DNA of 63,681 nucleotides, filler included, from Octopus bimaculoides (taxonomy: Eukaryota): the NCBI RefSeq assembly GCF_001194135.2. It is 7 parts of 6 records of this genome, joined end to end, with 100 filler letters (N's around TTAATTAATTAA, not from the genome) between each part and the next. Parts side by side here need not be neighbours in the genome. Positions count along the whole stretch, not along the records: positions 50,160 to 56,562 come from NC_068983.1; positions 56,663 to 59,074 come from NC_068997.1; positions 59,175 to 61,224 come from NW_026378264.1; positions 61,325 to 63,681 come from NC_068993.1; 3 more parts are not named here. One strand, written 5' to 3'. Positions within the stretch are counted from its first letter, which is position 1; every line of letters begins with the position of its first letter. Under the pieces are notes generated by a model. It made no database searches. It had not been told where the DNA came from and was given only the letters and a program-made list of their open reading frames with translations. This document shows, piece after piece, positions 54,219 through 63,681 of the stretch. The position numbers and the translations under genes are program-made.

Positions 54219-54370
54219 NNNNNNNNNNNNNNNNNNNNNNNNNNNNNNNNNNNNNNNNNNNNNNNNNNNNNNNNNNNNNNNNNNNNNNNNNNNNNNNNNN
54301 NNNNNNNTATATATTTATACGCACCCACACACACACATATATATATAATATACATACATATACATATATA

Positions 54371-54515
54371 TATAGTAAAATCTATTTGCCAGCATAAGGT
54401 CGCAGTCCTGTGTAGGATCATGTTACTACCTTTTAACCCCAGGAAAACATCTTTTCCTCGCATTAAAAGATAGTAACATGGTCCTGTGCAAGACTGTATG
54501 GATTTTATTATGCAA
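54371..54515. repeat. Long imperfect hairpin (palindromic element or structured-RNA candidate)
   Basis: 54402-54435 pairs with 54464-54497; inner aggaaaa/ttttcct stem. Confidence 0.8.
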
Positions 54516-54564
54516 TATAGTTACTACTTAGATTTCATTCAGAAATTTTAAACTAGCTGTTTTA

Positions 54565-54604
<40 letters not shown>

Positions 54605-54606
<2 letters not shown>

Positions 54607-54822
54607 GGAGCATTCACGAGAAAACAACAGATGAAGACAGGTGGTGTAAACAACAAATGGATGTCTTAGTATAAACACTTGGGAATAGAGAAAGTCATTA
54701 ACGTTTCGAGCCTTCGCTCTTCAACAGAAAGGAACACAGAAAGAAATAAGGAGAGAAACAAGGAGAGAAAAAATATGTGTAGTGGTCAGCGATCTATCAT
54801 GGCGAATGCCAGACAGAAGGGT

Positions 54823-54825
<3 letters not shown>
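54605..54825 (-). mobile_element. Penelope-type terminal repeat fragment carrying a hammerhead-like motif
   Basis: Minus strand 54731-54696 reads CTTT CTGTTGA A GAGC GAAG GCTC GAA ACGT T AATG; flanked by (TA)n on both sides. Family assignment is inferred from the motif. Confidence 0.45.
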
Positions 54826-54854
<29 letters not shown>

Positions 54855-55595
54855 AGAAAATGACAAAGGAATAAATGCTCATCTTATGATTTTTATTAGC
54901 TTACAACTGTTTCTGCTATAAGATGCAATAGACTCATAGTTGAGTGCCTGAGAAACACCCTGTAGTTTCATCAGAGTCTCAAATATGAAATGCAATTCAT
55001 TTGGGAAATGAATTGAAGCCTGTGTATACACCAGGCTATTAGTCTTGCAATGTCTAACCCAAATACATATATATATATATATATATATATGTATAGCTTT
55101 TAGACTCAAACTGGAGAGCAGACTGTCAATTTCCCTATGTTATTCCTGTCTTTCCAGAGGTTGAAATCAGTTTGATCTCTATAAACACAGGGAAACAGTA
55201 AGCATCCTGTTAGGTCAAATCTAAAGGAATAAATACATGTTCAATATTTAAAACTATATTGATTTCTTTACTGAAGTGTAGTCTTGTTCACTTGATCGAT
55301 AACATTAAATAACATACATATCGAGATAAGTGTGTGAGTCTAAGTTGATATATCTTCAACACAGAAATATATGGCATTGTGATAAACTTACAATTCTCTC
55401 TTTGAGATTTTTTTAGTTCCACGAAACAATTGATTGCAATGACGATAGTGTAACAAGGACAGAACCTAGAATATGCAAGAAGAGTTTATAGATATAGGCA
55501 TATGCACAAACTCACAGATACACACATACACACATATGCAGAACGACTGCATGTATGTATATGCATATCTACGTACTTATTCTTTTATTTTCTTA

Positions 55596-55790
55596 TTCTT
55601 TTACTTGTATCAGTCATTTGACTGTGGCCATGCAGGAGCACCGCCTTTAGGCGAGCAAATCGAGACAGGATTTATTCTTTGTAAGCCTAGTACTTATTCT
55701 ATCGGTCTCTTTTGCCGAACTGCTACGTTACTGGGACGTAAACATATCAGCATTGATTGTCAAGTGATGTTGGTGGGACAACCACACGAA
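55596..55790 (-). mobile_element. SINE family A, 3' half
   Basis: ttttacttgtatcagtcatttgactgtggccatgc...ctcttttgccgaac. Confidence 0.85.
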
Positions 55791-55791
55791 T

Positions 55792-55823
<32 letters not shown>

Positions 55824-55832
55824 GTATGTATA

Positions 55833-56213
55833 TATAGTTTAGGACAATCAGTAAATCGTTATAATAAGACTCAGAGTTTCAAATGCCAGAGCTAAGAGCT
55901 GCGATGCATTCTCATTGGCTATTATGACAATAGACGCTATAAAAAAAAACATTGAATAAAAGGGAAGTTACTCTAATAGACAGGAAAAAATATAAAAGAT
56001 AAAAAATACATGCAGCCATATTCTCACAATACATAGACATAAAAACTTCCTGTGTTCATAACGTCTACATAAGTAACTTCCCTTTTATTCAACGTTTTTT
56101 TTTTTATAGCGTCTATTGTCATAATAACTGATAAAAATGCATCGTAGCTCTTAGCTCTGGCATTTGAAACTCTGAGTACTATTATGACAATTTACTGATT
56201 GTCCTAAACTATA
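55833..56213. mobile_element. MITE with ~140-bp TIRs
   Basis: 55833-55972 vs 56072-56213, roughly 90% identical by eye; ends TATAGTTTAGGACAATCAG; sits in TA context. Confidence 0.9.
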
Positions 56214-57023
56214 CATATATAAATTCTTTATTTACTTAATATCGAGGTCTCATTCACTTGTTGTCATTTTATATTCTTCATCTTATTATTATTATATATT
56301 TATATATATATATATATATACAAGAATAAGGGCAGAGAATCGTCAATTAATAATAGAATTAATAATTGACAATTCTGCCAAGTAGTTCAGTATGAAAAAA
56401 ACCTTTATCGGTAAAACTATTTATCATTATAAATATACAGGGATTAGCAATTGAGTTGCTTCTCCAACATACTGAAAATTTAGAAATAGCAGTCAAAGAA
56501 CTACTGATTCCAAACTACAAATTTTTCTCCAAAATGGATGGCGATATTTATGGCACACATAGNNNNNNNNNNNNNNNNNNNNNNNNNNNNNNNNNNNNNN
56601 NNNNNNTTAATTAATTAANNNNNNNNNNNNNNNNNNNNNNNNNNNNNNNNNNNNNNNNNNNNGGAGTGGAGTGGGATGGAGTGGAGTGGGATGGAGTGGA
56701 GTGGGAAGGTAGAGTAGGAGTGTGTTGGCGTGGGGTGGGATGAGCTTATATATATATATATATATATATATATCAGTCTTTTAGGTTACAGTGATATTAC
56801 TAAGGGGATATTGTTTTAATAGACTGCATATGAAAGATAAGTTATAACAAATTTATTTAAAAAAACAGTATATAATACTGTTTTTATAATGTCTAATTAG
56901 GAGAATCTTTTGTATATTTACTAAACCATACGGGTAATATATAGTTAAAATTATATGTTGGAATTTATTCGGACCAAATACAAAAGACCAAAAGTAACCG
57001 TACAACTTGTCTCACTAAGTTCT

Positions 57024-57290
57024 TATTTATCGCTAAAATTATGCTTAAAATGTATTCTGCGATAAAATGCATTAATTGTAATTCTCCATGCAACAGTGTT
57101 TAGTTACTAAATTGATGAACCAACTCAATATATATCCTTATATATCCTCTTTTATATATACCAACATATTACTAAACTGTTGTTATTTATCGCTAAAATT
57201 ATGTTTAAAATCTATTTTATCTCACAAAATGCCCCAAATGCAAGACTCTATGCAATAGTGTTGAGTCACGTAATTAATGAACCAATCAAA
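57024..57290. repeat. Diverged ~105-bp direct duplication
   Basis: ttatttatcgctaaaattatg(c/t)ttaaaat...atgcaa(c/t)agtgtt...tgaaccaa at 57024 and 57183. Confidence 0.8.
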
Positions 57291-58179
57291 CATTCAGTCC
57301 TTTAAAATATTTCCCTGTCTATTTATTGAGATAATTATTTTAATGTTATATTTAAGAGGTGTGCGTGTGGGGGTTTATTAAGCTATAAATAGAATGAAGG
57401 GAGGTAACTCTGGGCTATTGAGGTCTATAATTAAAATAAGAACATACTCAAACATTTAGGTCCATTATTCAATCAATCAACTTAATAATCAACTAATTAA
57501 TCAATTAATCAATCAATCAATCAGTTAATTGGTTCTGTAATGGGGTTACATATCAATGCCTGTATCCATATACATACATATGTATATACAATATATACAT
57601 ACACATATATATATACAACTATATATATATGTCTATATATATGTATATATATATATATATATACATATCTATACACATATACACACACACATATATATAT
57701 ATATACACATATACATGTATACACCTACACACATACATACCACTATCTTTTAAAAAACTGATTAAGTCAAAAGGGTAGTGCTAGATAACGTTATTACTTT
57801 ATAAACTTGCGAGAAGTAATTAAATGTAAATTATAAGCTAGTCAATGTTTATTTTTAAAGGTACCAGCAGAAAATATAAACATATACATACCTACCTAAA
57901 CCTACACATATTTGTATACATACATAAATATATATATACACAAGTGCGTGCACATAGATACATGTATACACACATATCCACATATATTAATGCAAATGTA
58001 GCAACGATAGTAATATATACTCACACATACATACATGTATATAATTATTACTAATTCAATATATACCCTCTTTAATATATATAACTGCATAATTATCATA
58101 AATTATGTAATACAGTATAACAACAATAATAACGCAAATAATAATGGTTATTATTATTATGTCAGTAGGGGTATTTTAA

Positions 58180-58560
58180 TACTAGGTTCTAGTGGTATTT
58201 GGAAAAGTTATGCCCATTTTTATGAAGACAGGAAACGTCGCGTTCCTTTAACCTGTTCATAAGCGGAATTTTAGTCCCCTTTATAAAGAAAATTTCATTA
58301 ATACAAAACATACATTTTCTGCCTTTAGTATTATACGCAGGTGCTGTTGTTAATATTTTCCAATTGAAATTATAGTTAATTCTCCCATCCTTAAGTTCCC
58401 ATATCTAGCTACTTAGCCCTGTAGAATTTCTCCTATTTCTATTTCTAAATGTATAATTATGATAATTAAGTCCCTGTTTCATATTGTTTTTTTGTCGCAC
58501 CCACATACAGCTAGCTGTCATATTGTGTACTTACTATACATTGATATACTACCTCCTTTC
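58180..58560 (-). mobile_element. Penelope-like element GIY-YIG endonuclease / C-terminal remnant
   Basis: YVGATKK...TFRNRNRRNSTGLSS*IWELKDGRINYNFNWKILTTAPAYNTKGRKCMFCINEIFFI matches the Penelope ORF C-terminus pattern. Confidence 0.82.
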
Positions 58561-58769
58561 TAATGCAGTTATTATTAAATACACAATTATTAGTTATTCT
58601 ACAATCACATGTTCTGTGTGGCCGTGTAGGGTTAATGTTATTGGGGGTTGACAGTTATTATATTATTAGTTCTGTGGCTATTGATGATCCCAATATTGTT
58701 ATTATAGCTTATACTATTGTGATCATTAATGTTACTATTTTAACTATTGTTATTTACAATTCCATTGCT

Positions 58770-58771
58770 GC

Positions 58772-58853
<82 letters not shown>

Positions 58854-59070
58854 TAGTTTTATTTTTATAACGTGCTTTCACTTCACTACCGATCGCATCT
58901 CTGTGCGCCTTGGGTATGTGCTGTGGTTTGCTGTGGTGCTCTTATGTTTACTGTATTGAAAGTGTTTTGCGTAGAATGTGTGCAGTACCCAGTAGTGCAA
59001 TTTTCTGTATGTTATATATATTTGTAAGTCCTGCTATTTTTGTTATGTATTTGTCTGAATATTTTTTTTA
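58770..59070 (-). mobile_element. R4/Dong LINE 3' end with (TAA)n tail
   Basis: IYNIQKIALLGTAHILRKTLSIQ*, short 3' UTR, then (AAT)n. Confidence 0.88.
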
Positions 59071-59837
59071 TTATNNNNNNNNNNNNNNNNNNNNNNNNNN
59101 NNNNNNNNNNNNNNNNNNTTAATTAATTAANNNNNNNNNNNNNNNNNNNNNNNNNNNNNNNNNNNNNNNNNNNNAGGCTATAGTAGAAAACACTTGCCCA
59201 AGGTGTCATGCAGTGGGACTGAACTCCAAAACTTTGTGGTTGGGAAGCAAGCTTCCAACCTTAATATATTTAAAACATATTTAAAGCCAAAACAATACAG
59301 ATTAAAAAATTAAAAGTACAGGTTGATGGCTCATACTATTTCTTGGTATTTCAGTAATTCAGGTGATACCTTCTTCAGGAATTTTACACAGAAAAAGGTG
59401 CTGATACCTAATTTCTCTGCTCTGTAGTGTAAATGTATGAATAGTTGTTTTGTGTTGCTATTTTAGCCTGTTGCCTGCAAGCAGTTCTGACCTGTTTTTT
59501 TATCCACGGGCTGTACATGTTAATTAAAATAGCTCTTTTTATTCTCAACTTCCCAATGTTTCTTTCTGTAATTTGAACAGAAAATTGGATGTCTCAGGTG
59601 TGACATTTCTATAGGTCTTGTTTCATGGAAGAAGCACTAGCATAGTTCATTGACCTATACACTACAGAGCAGAGTAATTAACTATCAACACCTTTCTGAC
59701 ACAGATTTCATAAAGAAGGGGTACTAAGCCTGAAATATTAGAATACCAGGTAATACTACTAAAAATGAATGTGTATTTTTGATTTTTTAACTTGCATTAT
59801 TTGGGCTTTAAAAAAATATTTAAAACATCTATAAATA

Positions 59838-60843
59838 GGTGCAGGCATGATTGTGTGGTAAGAAATTTGTTTCTCAACCACATGATTCCGGGTTCAGTCC
59901 CACTGTGTAACACCATGGACAGGTGTCTTCTACTATAGTCTCAGGCCGACCAAACCCTTGTGAATGGATTTGAAAGATGGAAACTGAAAGAAGCCTGTTG
60001 TATNNNNNNNNNNNNNNNNNNNNNNNNNNNNNNNNNNNNNNNNNNNNNNNNNNNNNNNNNNNNNNNNNNNNNNNNNNNNNNNNNNNNNNNNNNNNNNNNN
60101 NNNNNNNNNNNNNNNNNNNNNNNNNNNNNNNNNNNNNNNNNNNNNNNNNNNNNNNNNNNNNNNNNNNNNNNNNNNNNNNNNNNNNNNNNNNNNNNNNNNN
60201 NNNNNNNNNNNNNNNNNNNNNNNNNNNNNNNNNNNNNNNNNNNNNNNNNNNNNNNNNNNNNNNNNNNNNNNNNNNNNNNNNNNNNNNNNNNNNNNNNNNN
60301 NNNNNNNNNNNNNNNNNNNNNNNNNNNNNNNNNNNNNNNNNNNNNNNNNNNNNNNNNNNNNNNNNNNNNNNNNNNNNNNNNNNNNNNNNNNNNNNNNNNN
60401 NNNNNNNNNNNNNNNNNNNNNNNNNNNNNNNNNNNNNNNNNNNNNNNNNNNNNNNNNNNNNNNNNNNNNNNNNNNNNNNNNNNNNNNNNNNNNNNNNNNN
60501 NNNNNNNNNNNNNNNNNNNNNNNNNNNNNNNNNNNNNNNNNNNNNNNNNNNNNNNNNNNNNNNNNNNNNNNNNNNNNNNNNNNATATATACATACATACA
60601 TACATATATGTATATATCTATGTGTGCGTGCTTGTGTTTATGTTTGTCCCCCACCTCCACTTGACAACCAGTGTTGGTGTGTTTACCCACCACTACCTTA
60701 GCAGTTCAGCAAAAAGAAACTGATAGAATAAGTACTAGGCTTCAAAACATAACTCCTTGGATCGAGTTGTTCGACTAAAAACTTTTCAAGGTGGTGCCCC
60801 AGCATGACCACAGTCAAATGACTGAAACAAGTAAAAGATAAAA
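59838..60843 (+). mobile_element. SINE family A spanning an N gap at its central microsatellite; CpG-depleted
   Basis: Head and core at 59838-60003, gap 60004-60583, tail to 60843. Confidence 0.85.
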
Positions 60844-61643
60844 GATGTAAAAATATATATGAGACAATGCTTCATGAAAACTTTACTACTACTATTACAC
60901 ACACACACACACATATATCATCTCATCATTTCATATCTGTCTCCCAAGCCAGCATTGGGTTGGATGGCTTCACAGGAGCTGCTAAGCCAGAGGATGGTGC
61001 CAAGCTCCACTGTCTGCTATTGGCATGATTTTTATGGATGGATACCTTCCCTTAATGCCAACGACTTTACAGAGCAGAAAGGGTGGTTTTTACACCCCCC
61101 CCCAAACACACACATGCATCCACATACATAGGAAGGCCTTTTAGTTGCATGAATCAATCTCAGTACTGTTTTTGAAAGCCTGGTACTTATTCTATCAGTC
61201 ACTTTTGCCAAACCACTAAGTTACNNNNNNNNNNNNNNNNNNNNNNNNNNNNNNNNNNNNNNNNNNNNTTAATTAATTAANNNNNNNNNNNNNNNNNNNN
61301 NNNNNNNNNNNNNNNNNNNNNNNNCCATTAACACCTCGTTTTATAGTTATTTTAATTTGAGCTTTATCATCATCATCATCGTCGTTTAACGTCCGCTTTC
61401 CATGCTAGCATGGGTTGTGACAAAAACAAAAAAGAAACAATTATTATTGTTTTGTTGTTTCACAGAACTGGTGTTGTGCCTGGTTTAGTTATCTTTCCAA
61501 TCAAACTCTAACTTATGGCCTAAGACAAGGGGCATTTTGTACTTTCTGTATAAACTTTTTTTTTTTCTGTTTTCCATATCTTACTTTGTATTGAGAGTTC
61601 CCCAGATAATTCTTGCTGCATCTCATACACATGTTTTCTGCAG

Positions 61644-61812
61644 AGAACTTACTTCTAGATGAAGGTGAAGTTTTTCAAAGTTTGTCCTCAGATTTCTTTT
61701 TACACTGTTCTGAAGGCTCCAGTAATATTCAGCAGTATCATTATCTTGTTAAATTCTCTGTTCCACTACTTGAGGAGATAGCTATTTGTGGGCCAGAAAC
61801 TGGAGTGAATCT
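61644..61812 (+). CDS. Candidate internal coding exon of an unidentified gene
   Basis: Acceptor tgttttctgcag|, donor |GTGAGT; 169 nt open: (E)NLLLDEGEVFQSLSSDFFLHCSEGSSNIQQYHYLVKFSVPLLEEIAICGPETGVN(L). Confidence 0.55.
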
Positions 61813-62104
61813 GTGAGTGACTGTATGCCAATGAGTGAAGTGACTTTTTCTTGATGCAGTCAATCCAATACCTCAGTCAATTCTTCAAAATATATACTAG
61901 TACAGTTCAGTCGTCTGACCAGAAATATAACACAATACAGGTATATAACATATGTAGCTTACATGGCTGTGTATCAACTATCCAACTGGTCTATCAATTA
62001 TAGTCAATATGGGTCTGGTCTGCATAACAACTTCTCTAAGAATCATTAACATGAAATGATGCATTTTCAAGTTCAATCATCTTTAAAGTTCTAATACTTT
62101 TTAG

Positions 62105-62124
62105 ACTTGCTTCTTTGTATTTGA
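62105..62124 (+). CDS. Candidate 20-nt microexon in frame with the preceding exon
   Basis: ctaatactttttag|acttgcttctttgtatttga|GTAAGT; phase 2 in, phase 1 out; encodes LASLYL. Confidence 0.35.
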
Positions 62125-62220
62125 GTAAGTTCACAAATTACCTGAATCATTATCATGTCTATTATTCCTGTCATAGCTTTCTTCATTTATATAAATTTTA
62201 CTGGATTGGTTTGTAAACAG

Positions 62221-62300
62221 TGCACACAAATTTGTTAGCAGTACTTTTAGAAATCCTAATTAACGTTCCACAATTTAGGAAGAAATTGCTGTCAATCTGA
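62221..62300 (+). CDS. Candidate terminal coding exon
   Basis: ttggtttgtaaacag|; phase-1 frame (M)HTNLLAVLLEILINVPQFRKKLLSI*; compatible with the microexon. Confidence 0.35.
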
Positions 62301-62439
62301 AACACAGGAAAAAAAAAATTCAAAACATATAAAGGCAGTACTCCAACATGGTCTTGGCCATGAGAGTTAAAGCAAATTTTAAAAAAATGTAACAAAGAAA
62401 ATAGAATCAGAAATTCTGCTTTCAATACAAAAGCAATTC

Positions 62440-62700
62440 TCACCTGGTCCACCTTTTCCTATCCATCACTCGGTCCATCCTTCATGAATCATTAACCATA
62501 CACCTTAATTTCCTCCTGAACTGACAAGGAACCTTCACACGGTTGCTTAACTTGATAGTAATTTCTCCAAATTGCCTTCAAACACTATCCTGTCTAGTAT
62601 GCACACTGACATTGCACATCCAGCGGAGCATACTGGCTTCGTTCTTTGCAAGCTTACGCATGTCCTCAGCAGTTACGGCCCATGTTTCCCTGCCATGCGA
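62440..62700 (-). mobile_element. RTE (BovB-like) LINE fragment
   Basis: EASMLRWMCNVSVHTRQ followed by decayed RLRWYGH-like sequence. Confidence 0.8.
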
Positions 62701-63179
62701 CAGCCTAGAAAATTTTAAACAATTTGTGGGGAGGGACAAGTGGATTAAAGGGCCCAGTACATTACTGGTGCTTTATTTTATCAACCCCATAGGGATGAAA
62801 GGTAAAGCTAACTTCAGCAGGATTAAACTCAGAATGTAATGGCCATAACTCTATGCTGCAAGACAGGTTGCCCAATGTTTAGAAATGAAGCCAGCAATTT
62901 AAAGGGAAGGGGAAAGTCAATTAAACTAACTCCTGTTATTAGTAAAAAACAACAAACTTTGGGGAATTCATTATTATTTTGACTGATACAAATTGTGAAT
63001 CAACATGAGAGAAAAAAAAACAGATGACAGAAATGGGAAGAAAACCTGATGTATTTTATTTGTTTTCATAATGCATGGAACAAAAATATTTATCCAAGTA
63101 TATGTAGCCAACATTCATGCAGGTGAGCCTTCAACATTTTAGGGCATTGATAGCCTTCAATTCTTAGAAGATCAATCAT

Positions 63180-63640
63180 TTCTAGACACAACACACCTAT
63201 CGTGAAATAAAGAAAGCAAAGATGCTAGAAAAGTGAGTTCAAACTCCAAATAAAATACTCATGCCCAATTGATCCGAGATGATGCAGATGCTACATCAAG
63301 CACATGCAGATTGCAAGACTGATGTCAAAGACGCTTTCAAGTCAACATGGGCCACAAATGCTTTCGATGGCTCTCAAAATTATAAGGTGTTAGACTGAAT
63401 CATACACCTCATCGGTCCATCGATGTGGGAGTTTCATCTAGAGATGATGTCAAAACCCTGCCTAAATACTATTCAAAGAGTCATTAAGAACTTAATTCCA
63501 CTGAAAGGGGTCAAATGTGCAAACAATATTGAAGGCTCAGAACTATTTGATGGCACAGCATTGAAGAAAAAGCTGCCGAAAGTGAGTCAGAAGATGAAAG
63601 TGAGCCATCTGGGAATCTTTTGGAGGTGCTTGAAGATGCT
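63180..63640 (+). pseudogene. Probable pogo/Tigger-like transposase C-terminal remnant
   Basis: SEMMQMLHQ...DAFKSTWATNAFDGSQNYKVLD*IIHLIGPSMWEFHLEMM...LIPLKGVKCANNIEGSELFD plus an acidic tail in another frame; stop and frameshifts. Family is recognised from memory, not from a search. Confidence 0.55.
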
Positions 63641-63681
63641 TTTTCTTTAATTTTCGCATATACACTATACAGTTAGTGATT

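Noticed and set aside
56441-56562. 40-codon open frame after an AG, running into a gap
   Set aside because: Weak acceptor, contains the common tagaaatagcag repeat motif, and the length is not significant.
56663-56745. G-rich GGAGT/GGGAT repeat (telomere or G-quadruplex-like)
   Set aside because: Short simple repeat at a contig edge; not TTAGGG.

Overview
Eukaryotic, AT-rich, microsatellite-saturated draft-assembly DNA with many N gaps. The tRNA-derived SINE families and repeat load point to a coleoid cephalopod, most likely Octopus (inference). Almost all ORFs in the supplied track are artefacts of N runs or simple repeats. Supportable content: (i) three tRNA-derived SINE families plus an RTE-tailed SINE; (ii) decayed transposons: an internally deleted mariner with both TIRs, a DD37D (maT) transposase, a hAT/Tip100-like element, an internally deleted Helitron with its 3' terminus, a pogo-like remnant, R4/Dong, RTE, RTE-X and Penelope fragments; (iii) several palindromic/MITE-like elements; (iv) a few candidate exons of unidentified genes, the best being a plus-strand exon set at 61.6-62.3 kb and a minus-strand Tudor-like terminal exon at 12.6 kb. 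Six 100-bp spacers (44N-TTAATTAATTAA-44N) are artificial joins, so adjacency across them is unproven. No complete novel system can be demonstrated from this sequence. The most interesting leads are a hammerhead-like motif in a Penelope-type repeat, the candidate exons, a step in CpG decay near 50 kb, and stacked Dong LINEs at (TAA)n arrays. Boundaries of decayed repeats are approximate and were read by eye.
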